A program made the translations under genes and the position numbers. Positions 19,193 through 29,037 of a stretch of DNA of 64,000 bases are shown in pieces. Source of the stretch: Candidatus Microgenomates bacterium (GTDB lineage Bacteria; Patescibacteriota; Microgenomatia; UBA8517; JACQJR01); the NCBI GenBank assembly GCA_016204995.1, contig JACQJR010000001.1:28548-92547 (forward strand), read 5' to 3'. Each line of letters opens with the position of its first letter. Position 1 is the stretch's first letter. The notes under the pieces are model-generated. The model was not told the origin of the DNA and made no database searches. It worked only from the letters and a program-made list of their open reading frames with translations.

Positions 19193-22100
19193 TCAAGAAT
19201 TAAGTAATTCGCGGATTTTACGTTGGAGTTGATTGGACCAGGCCACACCATAAGGCAGTTTTAATCTCTTAGGTTCATAACCGCCGTTTTGAAACTCTAA
19301 TAATAGCTCTTTGTCTCCTTTTTGCGATTGTAAAAGTTGATTTAACTTAACAAGAATTTGGGAACTGGTCCTGGCAGGAATTTTAACTACTAATATCCCT
19401 TTATCCTCCGATTTATTAGCAAATTCAGCCGTAATTTCTTGTGCGTTATCTACTAAGACACTTAAATTCTCTTCTCTTTCTTCCACTTTTCCTTTTAAGA
19501 ATAAAGCAATATCTTTGCGCCATAACATTGGTGAGACCGCAAACACTTTGGGAAATACCACCACAGAAATTACTCCGGTATCATCAGCTAAATCACCAAA
19601 AGCCATTTCGCGGCCTCCATTTTTAGTAAAAACTACCCTAATATTTCTCAATACTCCTACTAAACTGACAGCTATTCCTTTATCATGTTCAGATAACTCA
19701 AATATTTTATGACTGGCTTGGGTGCCTGCTGAAATAATAAATTGCTCTACGGGATTAGGAGTAATGGAAAAACCGATTAACTGTCTTTCAAGGGCCAAAA
19801 TTTCCTCAATATTAAATTCAGGAATATCAGGCAAAGCGGCAACTTTAATTTCTTCTGCTTCATCTTGCCCAAATAATTCACTTTGATTGATATCTTTTTT
19901 AGTCTGTTTACCGCGAATTTCCTCAAGCGCCATTAGTTGGGCGGCCCGTTTGCCAAAACTATCCATCGCTCCAGCCTTAATTAAACTTTCCAAAACTTTT
20001 TTGTTCACCTTTTGGCTATCAACGACGGCACAAAAATGAGCCAGAGAGTTAAATTGACCAACTCTTTCGCGCACGTTAAATATTTCCTCAATCGCCGCTT
20101 TGCCGACATTCTTAATAGCGGAAAAACCAAAACGAATAGCCAGATTATTAAAGGAATTCTTATTTTCTTCAATGGTAAAGCCGACAGCAGAAGAATTAAT
20201 ATCGGGTGGTAAGATTAAAATGCCCATGCGTTTACACTCTGCTACTCCTAAAGCAACTTTTTCGGCATTGCCGGATTCAGCAGTTAAAAGTGCAGCCATA
20301 AAATCTACCAGATAATTGGCTTTCATCCAGGCAGTTTGATAAGCAATTAAGCCATAGGCTACCGAATGAGCTTTATTAAAACCATAGCCGGCAAATTTCT
20401 CAATTAAATCAAAAACCTCCCGTGCAATTTTTGCGTCCACGCCTTCTCCTACCGCTCGCTTAATAAATTTATCTTTCTCTTTGGCCATGACATCCTTTTT
20501 CTTTTTACCAATAGCCAGCCTTAACCTATCTGCTTCAATGGCATCATAACCAGCTAAAACTTGAGCAATTTGCAAACATTGTTCTTGGTAAACAATAATA
20601 CCGTAGGTTTCGGCTAAAACCGGCTCCAATTTGGGGTGAATATAGGAAAGTTTACTGCCTAATTTTTTTCGTGAAATAAATTCATCAATAAACTGCATAG
20701 GGCCAGGCCGGTAAAGAGCGACCATGGCGGCGATATCGGAAAATCGGGAAGGATTAAGCTGTTTGGCTAGTCTCCTCATGCCGGCCGACTCCAGTTGAAA
20801 TACTCCGGTAGTTTCTCCGCTAGCCAACAATTTGAAAACCGCCTTATCATTCAGGGGAATTTCCGATAAATCTATCTCTTGCCCAGTGCGTTCCTTAACG
20901 AAATTTAAAGCCTTTTCCAAAATAGTTAAATTACGCAGTCCCAGAAAATCCATTTTCATCAGTCCCACCGCTTGCCCTGGCTGCATAGCCGAGTTTAAAT
21001 CCAGGGCATACATATCGTACTGGGTAATAATTCTTTCGCCTTTAGTTTCCAGCTGCAAAGGTGTATATTCCACCAGTTCCTGATCGGATATCACTACTCC
21101 TGCTGCATGAGTAGAAGCGTGTCTGACTACGCCTTCTATTTGTTTGGCCAGATCTAAAATTCTTTTGGCGTCATTATCTTCTTTATAGAGGTTGCCCAAC
21201 TCTTCTGATATTTCAATGGCCCGTGTAATGGTCATATGGGCACCTTGCGGACCATGTGGGATAAGTTTGGCTATCCTATCTCCTGTTTCATAGGGATGGC
21301 CCAAAACGCGGGAGACGTCGCGCACGGCCATTCTGGCTTCCATTCGGCCAAAAGTAATAATTTGCGCCACCCGATCTTCGCCATATTTTTTAGTAACATA
21401 ACTAATTACTTCGTCCCGCCGATCATCAGCAAAGTCCAAATCAATATCAGGCGGGGTAGGCCGCCCCGGGTTTAAGAAGCGCTCAAAAGGCAAATTAAAT
21501 TCCATCGGATCAATAGAGGTAATCCGCAAAATGTAAGCCACGATTGAACCGCCCACAGAACCTCGGCCAGGACCGACTTTAATACCCTGCTGTTTGGCCC
21601 AATTAACAAAGTCTTGCACAATTAAAAAATAAGTAGCAAAACCTTTTTTAACAATAATGTCCAGTTCATATTCAATTCTCTGGGTGATCTTTTGATCAGC
21701 CTTAGGGTATCGCAGCGGCAATCTCTCATAAATTAAATCACGTAAATAAGCTTCGGCAGTCTTTTTAGGCGGTAAAGGAAAATTGGGCCAAATCCAGCTG
21801 CCAGTATTTAAATCTAAATTCACCTGCTCGGAAATTTTAACAGTGTTATCAATGGCTTCCGGCAAGTCGGTAAATAATTCGACCATCTCTTTTGGTGTTT
21901 TGACATAAAAATCAGGCGAATCAATCATGCTTAATCGGCTTTTATCGGCTAATTTTTTCTGGGTTTGAATGGCAATTAGAGCATCTTGAGCTTCAGCCTC
22001 ATTTTTTTCAATATAGTGGGTATCGGCTGTGGCTACTAAAGGAATACCCAGTTTGCGGGAAATAGTAATCAAACCATAATTCGCTTTCTCTTGATCGGCA

Positions 22101-22639
22101 ATTTTATCGTGGCGCTGGATTTCTAAGTAATAATCTTGACCAAAAATTTCCAAAAATTGTTTAGCGCGTTTGATTGCGCCGTCCAAATCCCCCTGCAAAA
22201 TCAATTTTGAGATCTCTCCGTTTAGGCATCCAGATAGAACAATTAAACCTTCATGATGTTTTTCTAATAAATCCAAATCTAGCCTAGGTTTATAATAATA
22301 ACCGGCTAAATGAGCAATAGTCACTAATTTCATTAAGTTTTTGTAGCCGGTAATGTCTTTAGCCAGGAGTATGAGATGGTGTTGATCGGCATCAACACCG
22401 GCCTGTTTATCTAAATGCGAACGCGTGGCCATATAAGCTTCTACTCCAATAATAGGTTTAATTTCGGCGTTAGTGCAGGCGAAATAAAAGGGGATAGCGC
22501 CATACATCGCGCCATGATCTGTAATAGCGCAAGCCCTCATACCATATTCTTTAACACGATCAACTAACTTCGCAATTTTTGCCAATCCATCAAGAAGAGA
22601 ATACTCGGTATGAGTATGAAGATGGATAAAATCGCTCAT
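19193..22639 (-). CDS. dnaE: DNA polymerase III alpha subunit
   Basis: The 1148-aa product has an N-terminal PHP domain (HLHTHTEYSLLDG), a polymerase core and a C-terminal OB fold. Confidence 0.95.
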   Translation of the reverse strand: MSDFIHLHTHTEYSLLDGLAKIAKLVDRVKEYGMRACAITDHGAMYGAIPFYFACTNAEIKPIIGVEAYMATRSHLDKQAGVDADQHHLILLAKDITGYKNLMKLVTIAHLAGYYYKPRLDLDLLEKHHEGLIVLSGCLNGEISKLILQGDLDGAIKRAKQFLEIFGQDYYLEIQRHDKIADQEKANYGLITISRKLGIPLVATADTHYIEKNEAEAQDALIAIQTQKKLADKSRLSMIDSPDFYVKTPKEMVELFTDLPEAIDNTVKISEQVNLDLNTGSWIWPNFPLPPKKTAEAYLRDLIYERLPLRYPKADQKITQRIEYELDIIVKKGFATYFLIVQDFVNWAKQQGIKVGPGRGSVGGSIVAYILRITSIDPMEFNLPFERFLNPGRPTPPDIDLDFADDRRDEVISYVTKKYGEDRVAQIITFGRMEARMAVRDVSRVLGHPYETGDRIAKLIPHGPQGAHMTITRAIEISEELGNLYKEDNDAKRILDLAKQIEGVVRHASTHAAGVVISDQELVEYTPLQLETKGERIITQYDMYALDLNSAMQPGQAVGLMKMDFLGLRNLTILEKALNFVKERTGQEIDLSEIPLNDKAVFKLLASGETTGVFQLESAGMRRLAKQLNPSRFSDIAAMVALYRPGPMQFIDEFISRKKLGSKLSYIHPKLEPVLAETYGIIVYQEQCLQIAQVLAGYDAIEADRLRLAIGKKKKDVMAKEKDKFIKRAVGEGVDAKIAREVFDLIEKFAGYGFNKAHSVAYGLIAYQTAWMKANYLVDFMAALLTAESGNAEKVALGVAECKRMGILILPPDINSSAVGFTIEENKNSFNNLAIRFGFSAIKNVGKAAIEEIFNVRERVGQFNSLAHFCAVVDSQKVNKKVLESLIKAGAMDSFGKRAAQLMALEEIRGKQTKKDINQSELFGQDEAEEIKVAALPDIPEFNIEEILALERQLIGFSITPNPVEQFIISAGTQASHKIFELSEHDKGIAVSLVGVLRNIRVVFTKNGGREMAFGDLADDTGVISVVVFPKVFAVSPMLWRKDIALFLKGKVEEREENLSVLVDNAQEITAEFANKSEDKGILVVKIPARTSSQILVKLNQLLQSQKGDKELLLEFQNGGYEPKRLKLPYGVAWSNQLQRKIRELLNS

Positions 22640-22649
22640 CCTCTACATT

Positions 22650-23126
22650 CTAAACTTCGTTCCTTGCGGTTTCAAGATGACTTTCGCCTGTCTTTTGAAC
22701 TCTTTCGCGGGCTAGAAGCAATAAATTTTCTACTTCTCGTTTTGTTTCTTCTACATCGTTTGGATTAACTTTAGCGAGTCCGGCCCCGCTAATAATATGG
22801 CTATTTTCTAAAAGTAAATTAACTCTGGCCCAGTATTTTTCAGCACTACCGGCTGTAGTATTCACCAATAAGACAGCAAATTCATCGGGGTTGTATTGAC
22901 CAATCACATCGCCTCTGAAGCCTCCGCGGGTATTTCCTTCTAAAATTTTCTTTGCTATCTTCATATTTTCGGCAGAAGGGCTATTAATACCGATAATTAA
23001 AAGCGCCAAATTATTGCGATAGGGCTCTGATGCTTTTTCCAGTAAAAGACGGTCAAATAACTGATTATCTTCCTTTTCTGCCAAGATGTTGCCATTTAAT
23101 AATTCAGTTATTTCATCATCCGCCAT
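22650..23126 (-). CDS. Stand-alone degenerate GGDEF-like domain protein. The GGDEF signature is replaced by NPDEF.
   Basis: The layout LALLIIGINS...GDVIGQYNPDEFAVLL...ISGAGLA...LLLARERVQKTG parallels the GGDEF-domain blocks (LLLIDIDhF...DLVARLGGDEFAVLL...SIGVA...ADKALYRAKEAGRN), but the active-site glycines are missing. Confidence 0.4.
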   Translation of the reverse strand: MADDEITELLNGNILAEKEDNQLFDRLLLEKASEPYRNNLALLIIGINSPSAENMKIAKKILEGNTRGGFRGDVIGQYNPDEFAVLLVNTTAGSAEKYWARVNLLLENSHIISGAGLAKVNPNDVEETKREVENLLLLARERVQKTGESHLETARNEV

Positions 23127-23135
23127 ATTAATATT

Positions 23136-24548
23136 TTAACTTTTTTCTCCTAATTTTTCAATAATTTTTTGCCGAATTTGGTTGGGGTTGCCTTTACCTT
23201 TGGTTTGAGCCATCACTTTTCCGACCAAAAATTCCATTGAACCACTTTTGCCCCTTTTATAATTTGTTACTGCTGAACCCTCTTTTTTGATGATTTCACT
23301 TATAATATTTTCTAGTTCCATGGCTGGTAAATCTTCCCTCTTACTTTTAACAATGGCTTCCACTAATTCTGCCGGCAACATTCTACTCCAGTCCACTCTT
23401 TTGTTAATCATAATATTGGCGATCGCAGTAGCTTCAATACCAAATTTTTTTCCTATTTTCACTGCTTCTTCAAAAAAATCGGCGATTTTGCGTGTTTCAA
23501 CTAATTGAAAAGCCTGATCTTCCCGCAATCCATAATCTTTAATAAATCTATTTTTCTTTTCAGTCGGCAATTCTGGAATTTGAGATTTGAGATTTGAGAT
23601 TTGAGATTCTGATATTCTTATTGGTGGAATATCCGGTTCTGGAAAATAACGATAATCTTGAGCCTCTTCTTTAGTTCTTTGGGAAACAGTCCGATTATGT
23701 ACTTCATCATAGCCTCGAGTTTCTTGAATTGGTGTTTTGCCTTTATCCAAAAGTTCACCTTGTCGTTGAATTTCATAATTAATCGCCTTTTCCACGAATC
23801 TAAATGAATTAATATTCTTCACCTCCACCTTGTATTTTGGTAATTCATTTGAGATTTGAGATTTGAGATTTGAGATTTCTCGAACCGAAATGTTAGGTTC
23901 GAGACGCATATCTCCCTTTTCCATATCGGCGTTGGAAACATCTAAATATCTAACTATCTGTTGCAATTTTTTGAGGTATTCCACAACTTCTTGACTATTT
24001 TCAAAGTCAGGCTCGGTCACAATCTCTACCAAAGGCACGCCGCTTCTATTAAAATCAATTAATGAATATTTTTCTTTATTGGAAATTGGAAAAGTTGTTT
24101 CCTTTGGAAAGTGGAAATTGGAAATTCCAAGCTGATGCATCAGCTTGGCAGTGTCTTCCTCCATATGGACTCGGGTAATGCCGATTTTTTTATCACTACT
24201 CAATATAATTTCACCTTTGTCGCAAAAAGGAATATCATATTGGCTAATTTGATAACCTTTTGGTAGATCGGGATAAAAATAATTTTTGCGATCAAATTTG
24301 GAAAAAGAGGCTAGTTGACAGTTTAAGGCCAGCCCTATCATCCGACACCAATCAATAGCTTGGCGGTTAGGCACAGGTAAGGCTCCTGGTAAGCCTAGAC
24401 AAACAGGGCAAACATGAGTATTGGGTTCGGTGCCGAAATAATCGGCACTGCAACCACAAAACATCTTAGACTTAGTTTTAAGCTCTACATGCACTTCAAG
24501 TCCTATTACTGGTTGATATTTCATAATTCTGGTTTCATTTTCTGCCAA
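23136..24548 (-). CDS. gatB: Aspartyl/glutamyl-tRNA(Asn/Gln) amidotransferase subunit B
   Basis: The N-terminus is MKYQPVIGLEVHVELKTKSKMFCGC, and the YRYFPEPDIPP and C-terminal YqeY-like tail are present. The gene carries two runs of TTGAGAT heptamer repeats (see findings). Confidence 0.95.
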   Translation of the reverse strand: MAENETRIMKYQPVIGLEVHVELKTKSKMFCGCSADYFGTEPNTHVCPVCLGLPGALPVPNRQAIDWCRMIGLALNCQLASFSKFDRKNYFYPDLPKGYQISQYDIPFCDKGEIILSSDKKIGITRVHMEEDTAKLMHQLGISNFHFPKETTFPISNKEKYSLIDFNRSGVPLVEIVTEPDFENSQEVVEYLKKLQQIVRYLDVSNADMEKGDMRLEPNISVREISNLKSQISNELPKYKVEVKNINSFRFVEKAINYEIQRQGELLDKGKTPIQETRGYDEVHNRTVSQRTKEEAQDYRYFPEPDIPPIRISESQISNLKSQIPELPTEKKNRFIKDYGLREDQAFQLVETRKIADFFEEAVKIGKKFGIEATAIANIMINKRVDWSRMLPAELVEAIVKSKREDLPAMELENIISEIIKKEGSAVTNYKRGKSGSMEFLVGKVMAQTKGKGNPNQIRQKIIEKLGEKS

Positions 24549-25942
24549 TCAGTGGCCTGTTCGTATTGGTATCCCACATTTAAAAGCGACTTTTCCGAAA
24601 ATTGCGGGCCGATAATTTGCATACCAATGGGTAAACCTGCCTTAGAAAACCCACAAGGTAAAGCCAAAGAAGGAATTCCGGCCAAATTTATTAAAACTGT
24701 ATAAACATCTACCAAATACATCTGCAAAGGATCAGCTATTTTTTCACCCAATTTAAATGGTGGTATTGGCGAAACCGGAGCTAAAATCACCTCACATTTG
24801 TTAAAAGCCTTTTCAAAGTCATTTTTAATAAGACTTCTTACTTTTTGAGCTTTCAAGTAATATTGATCATAATATCCACTGGATAAAGCATAGGTACCTA
24901 ACATAATTCGCTTTTTTGCTTCTTGCCCAAAATATTCTCGGTCGTTACCAAATCTAATCCCATCATATCTAGCCAAATTAGAGCTAGTTTCGGAAGAAGC
25001 AATTAAATAGTAAGTAGCGATACCATCTTCAGTATGGGGAAGAGAAATATCTACTATCTCTGCCCCTTTTTCTTTAAAAATTTGTAAAGCTTTATTTATG
25101 GCGTCTTTAATCTCGCTATTTAAGCCTTTGCTAAAAAATTCACTAGGTATCCCAATTTTTAAGCCTTTAATATCCTGATTTAAGCTGCTAGAGTAGTCCT
25201 CCACTGGTCGCGGTGAGCTGGTGGCATCGTGAGAGTCGCTTCCCGCGATCACAGACAAAATTTCGGCTACATCACTAACATTTTTTCCCATGGGGCCCAT
25301 ACTATCCAAAGATGAAGCATAGGAAATCGCTCCATAGCGGGACACTCGACCGTAAGTTACTTTTAAGCCGACCGTTGCGCAAAAGGCCGAAGGCAAACGG
25401 ATTGATCCACCCGTATCTTCACCAATTTCAAAAATAGTCATGTCAGCTGCGAGGACGGCGGCTGATCCACCACTTGATCCTCCCGGTACATAATCCAAAT
25501 TCCAGGGATTTTTAGTTGGTCCAAAGTCGGAATTTTCCGTAGAGGAGCCATGACCCCAAGCATCGCAATTAGTTTTGCCTAATAAAATTGCCCCACTATC
25601 AATAAGTTTTTGATAAACAGAAGCATTATAGGGAGGAAGATAATTTTCCAAAATTTTAGAACCGGCTGTAGTTCTAATATTTTTGGTAGAATAAACATCC
25701 TTCATGGAAAAGGGAATGCCTAACAATGGTTGAGCCTCCCAAGTCTCTCCTTGGAGAATTAACTTGTCAGCATGGTCGGCTGATTCTAAAGCTTCCTTCT
25801 CGCAAACTGTAATAAAAGCGTTTAGCTGTGGATTAAGTTTTTTAATTCTTTCTAAATAATTTTCGGTTAATTCCCGTGCCGAAAATTCTTTCTTTTTTAA
25901 TCCCTTTTTAGCCTCGCTAATTGTTAATTTAATCAAATCCAT
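24521..25942 (-). CDS. gatA: Glutamyl-tRNA(Gln) amidotransferase subunit A (amidase)
   Basis: The amidase signature GGSSGGSAAVLAA is present. At 473 aa it sits between gatC and gatB. Confidence 0.95.
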   Translation of the reverse strand: MDLIKLTISEAKKGLKKKEFSARELTENYLERIKKLNPQLNAFITVCEKEALESADHADKLILQGETWEAQPLLGIPFSMKDVYSTKNIRTTAGSKILENYLPPYNASVYQKLIDSGAILLGKTNCDAWGHGSSTENSDFGPTKNPWNLDYVPGGSSGGSAAVLAADMTIFEIGEDTGGSIRLPSAFCATVGLKVTYGRVSRYGAISYASSLDSMGPMGKNVSDVAEILSVIAGSDSHDATSSPRPVEDYSSSLNQDIKGLKIGIPSEFFSKGLNSEIKDAINKALQIFKEKGAEIVDISLPHTEDGIATYYLIASSETSSNLARYDGIRFGNDREYFGQEAKKRIMLGTYALSSGYYDQYYLKAQKVRSLIKNDFEKAFNKCEVILAPVSPIPPFKLGEKIADPLQMYLVDVYTVLINLAGIPSLALPCGFSKAGLPIGMQIIGPQFSEKSLLNVGYQYEQATDWQKMKPEL

Positions 25943-25964
25943 ATCTTATTTCGTAAATCTTAAA

Positions 25965-26258
25965 TCATAAATCTTCCAGAATTGCCGGCACTTTAAACAT
26001 CCCATTATGGGTGTTTTTAGAATTTTGCAGCACTTCTGTCTGTGTCAAAGAAGGAGAGGTTTCGTCAGGACGGGTTACATTTTCTAAACCAGTAATGTGG
26101 CTGGTAGGTTCAACCCCGATTAAATCGGGGTCAACTTCATTCAGTTTATTAACGTAGGATAGTATTTCCTCTAACTCACGACTTATTTTTTCTTCTTCCT
26201 CGCTGGATAGCCCTAAATTGGCCAGCTTTGCGGTGTGTCTAATATCAAATTTTGCCAT
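25965..26258 (-). CDS. gatC: Glutamyl-tRNA(Gln) amidotransferase subunit C
   Basis: The 97-aa ORF lies immediately upstream of gatA. ISRELEEILSYVNKLNEVD is typical of GatC. Confidence 0.8.
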   Translation of the reverse strand: MAKFDIRHTAKLANLGLSSEEEEKISRELEEILSYVNKLNEVDPDLIGVEPTSHITGLENVTRPDETSPSLTQTEVLQNSKNTHNGMFKVPAILEDL

Positions 26259-28028
26259 TTAAAATATCTCCTTAAACTCTATGTATGGTAGAGTGTTGAC
26301 AATATCATCCTTCTCCGCCCAACCTCGTCTAGCCACGAATACACCATAACGCATTAATTCCATATGGTCAAGTTGATGACTATCAGTGTTAATAATCATT
26401 TTTATTCCCCTTTTTACTGCTTCCCGTACTAAATTATCCGGCAAATCTAGTCTGTCATACCAGGAATTAATCTCCAATAATTTTTTATGTTCTTCACAGA
26501 ACGCAAAGATTTTTTCCCAATCTAACTCAATTCCTTCCCGTTTATTAAGTCGACGACCAGTGGGATGACCAAAAATTTTAGCCTTAGGATGGCTTAAGCC
26601 TGCCAATACTCTTTTAGTTTGCTCGCTTTTACTTAATCTAAAACTGGAATGGACTGAAACTATCATATAATCCAGCAAATCAACCGCTTCATTTGGAAGA
26701 GCCAGTTTGCCATTGGGAGTAATATCTACTTCCAAGCCATTAAAAATATGATGAATTTTAGCGCTTTTCAGTTTCTCTATGGCTTCTTTTTTACGCTTTA
26801 ACAAAGTAAGAACCTCGTTTTTAGTAGTACCTGATTGAGAAGGATTATGCTCGCTAAAACCCAAATATTCATAGCCTAAACTTTCCGCCTTTTTGACCAT
26901 CTCGGCAAAATTGTGCAAGCCTTCGTCATGACTGGTGTGAATTGAGAAGCTAGAGTGAAGATGAAAATCGCCTTTAATATCTTCCAACTTGACCAGTTTG
27001 GGCAATTTATGATGATATGAAGCTTCTATTTCTCCGGTATCTTCCCGTAATTCCGGTTCAATCCAATCCAAACCCAATTCTCGATAAAATTCATCTTCTG
27101 TCCTGTAAGTTTTGAGTTCGGGGTTATGGGTTCGGAGTTTTTTTATCCCGTATTCCGATAAACTTAAACCTCGCCGCAAAGCAAATTCGCGTAGAGCAAT
27201 ATTATGATGTTTAGAGCCGGTAAAATGAGCTAACAGTGCCCCATAAGAAACAGGTGGTTGAACCATTAAGTCTACTTGGGCGCCGCCAGTTACTAAAATA
27301 GAAGAAGTATGAGGACCGGCTTCAATTAAACGAACTTTTTTAGGATAATTTTTGAAATGTTCAATTACCTCGCGGGGTTTATCGGAAGCGACTGAAATAT
27401 CTACGTCTCCCACTGTCGCCACATGACGTCTCAAGCTGCCTAAGGGATCAGCCCGTAAGACGGCTGGTGTTTTTTTTAGCCAAACTAGAATATCGTCGGC
27501 AATACTACTCGCTACCGGTAGAAGCATGCGAGCGGCCCCACGTTCTTTAAGTTCCTGTAAATTTCGTAGAATTCCTGCTTCAGATTCAGTTCCTAGTCCT
27601 TCAATTTCCCGAATTTTACCTAATTTTGCTAGTTCTTCCAGTCTTTTTAAGGCGTCTTTTTCCTCATGAATTTTCAACTCCTGGCACAACTTATAGGCAA
27701 TTTTGGCCCCAATCCCGGGAACTTGCATAAATGTAAACATGGCCGATGGCAAATCTTGCATGACGGAATGAAAATGTCTAACTTTGCCAGTTTTGAAAAG
27801 TTCACCCAGATATTTAGCTATGGCGCTACCGATGCCTGGCACCTGATCTAATTTGCCCTCCTCCCACAAGTCTTTAAGCTCCATGGTACTATGTTCAATG
27901 CTGTCAGCAGCTTTTTGATAAGCTCCTATTTTAAAGCGATTGAAAGGTCCTTTGCCTTTTAACTCATAAGCTGCGGCGACACTACGAAGAAGCTCGGCAA
28001 TTTCTAAGTTTGTCATGTTTTTGTGCAT
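26259..28028 (-). CDS. polX: DNA polymerase X family protein with a C-terminal PHP phosphoesterase domain
   Basis: The N-terminal Pol-beta-like HhH/palm region precedes a PHP domain (GDFHLHSSFSIHTSHDEG...). Total length is 589 aa. Confidence 0.85.
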   Translation of the reverse strand: MHKNMTNLEIAELLRSVAAAYELKGKGPFNRFKIGAYQKAADSIEHSTMELKDLWEEGKLDQVPGIGSAIAKYLGELFKTGKVRHFHSVMQDLPSAMFTFMQVPGIGAKIAYKLCQELKIHEEKDALKRLEELAKLGKIREIEGLGTESEAGILRNLQELKERGAARMLLPVASSIADDILVWLKKTPAVLRADPLGSLRRHVATVGDVDISVASDKPREVIEHFKNYPKKVRLIEAGPHTSSILVTGGAQVDLMVQPPVSYGALLAHFTGSKHHNIALREFALRRGLSLSEYGIKKLRTHNPELKTYRTEDEFYRELGLDWIEPELREDTGEIEASYHHKLPKLVKLEDIKGDFHLHSSFSIHTSHDEGLHNFAEMVKKAESLGYEYLGFSEHNPSQSGTTKNEVLTLLKRKKEAIEKLKSAKIHHIFNGLEVDITPNGKLALPNEAVDLLDYMIVSVHSSFRLSKSEQTKRVLAGLSHPKAKIFGHPTGRRLNKREGIELDWEKIFAFCEEHKKLLEINSWYDRLDLPDNLVREAVKRGIKMIINTDSHQLDHMELMRYGVFVARRGWAEKDDIVNTLPYIEFKEIF

Positions 28029-28098
28029 GATTTACTAGAGTTATGATAACACTTTAATTTGACGCTCCTCAAGTACTCGTGATATAGTGTGTTAGCGT

Positions 28099-28172
28099 GG
28101 GGTGGTAGCTCAGTTGGTTAGAGCGCTTCCCTGTCACGGAAGAGGTCGCGGGTTCGAGTCCCGTCCACCCCG
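28099..28172 (+). tRNA. tRNA-Asp (anticodon GTC)
   Basis: The sequence folds as a cloverleaf. The acceptor stem is GGGGTGG/CCACCCC, the D-arm AGCTCAGTTGGTTAGAGC, the anticodon loop CTGTCAC, and the T-arm GCGGGTTCGAGTCCCGT. Confidence 0.9.
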
Positions 28173-28240
28173 CTAGGCACACCTCGCGGACTTGACAAGT
28201 TTACTATAAGTGATAAACTGAAAAAAAAGACTTATCTCCG

Positions 28241-28816
28241 ATGGATCTTAAAGACATACTTAAAGCGGTCAAGCTGAATGAAAGTTTAATCAGTATGGTC
28301 TTAGGAGCCCTCGTCTTCTTGGTAGTCGGAGTTTTAATCATCAATTATTTTCGGGGAATTAGAAATACGACTAATTCAGGTAGTACCAGCAGTATTGCGA
28401 CCGAAATGAGTTTGCCAGCCGAATATAGCGTAACACAAGGAGACAGTTTATGGAAAATCGCCCAAAAGTATTATGGTTCTGGCTATAATTGGGTAGATAT
28501 AGCTACAGCTAATAAATTAACAAATCCCAATGTTATTTCCGCAGGCCAAAAACTGACTATTCCTAAGGTAGAAGCAGCGGTAGCTACCCCACAAACATCC
28601 ACCGTCACTGCCAGCACTAATGAAAAAGTGGCATCACCGATTTCCAGCGAGACTTATAAAGTAGTTAAAGGCGATAGTTTATGGAATATTGCCGTGCGAG
28701 CTTATGGCGACGGCTATCAATGGACTAAGATTTATCAGGAAAATAAGACCATGGTTAAAAACCCCAATCTAATTTATCCCGATCAAGAGTTTAAACTACC
28801 ACGGACTAGCCCATAG
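28241..28816 (+). CDS. Membrane-anchored protein with two LysM peptidoglycan-binding domains
   Basis: There is an N-terminal TM helix and two LysM repeats (YSVTQGDSLWKIAQKYYG...GQKLTIP and YKVVKGDSLWNIAVRAYG...DQEFKLP). Confidence 0.7.
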   Translation: MDLKDILKAVKLNESLISMVLGALVFLVVGVLIINYFRGIRNTTNSGSTSSIATEMSLPAEYSVTQGDSLWKIAQKYYGSGYNWVDIATANKLTNPNVISAGQKLTIPKVEAAVATPQTSTVTASTNEKVASPISSETYKVVKGDSLWNIAVRAYGDGYQWTKIYQENKTMVKNPNLIYPDQEFKLPRTSP

Positions 28817-28870
28817 AATAATTAAGCGGGTGTAGTTGAGTGGTGCAACGCTTTCTTCCTCCGCCAATAA

Positions 28871-28942
28871 GCAGCTGTAGTGTAGCGGTAACACGCCTCC
28901 TTCCCAAGGAGGAAACCGAGGGTTCGAATCCCTTCAGCTGCT
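28871..28942 (+). tRNA. tRNA-Gly (anticodon CCC)
   Basis: The acceptor stem is GCAGCTG/CAGCTGC, the D-arm TAGTGTAGCGGTAACAC, the anticodon stem-loop CCTCC-TTCCCAA-GGAGG, and the T-arm GAGGGTTCGAATCCCTT. Confidence 0.85.
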
Positions 28943-28967
28943 CAAAAAGATTAAAATCTTCCGTTTA

Positions 28968-29030
28968 CACTTTCGGGCCTGAGGACTTCGTCGGTGAGCT
29001 CAGTCGAGCCGCTCGGGCTCGAAGAGGTGT
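28968..29030 (-). repeat. GC-rich structured dispersed repeat, element A, copy 2 (inverted). It lies between tRNA-Gly and the convergent 186-aa gene.
   Basis: The reverse complement ACACCTCTTCGAGCCCGAGCGGCTCGACTGAGCTCACCGACGAAGTCCTCAGGCCCGAAAGTG aligns with copy 1. Confidence 0.8.
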
Positions 29031-29037
29031 CTGCTGA

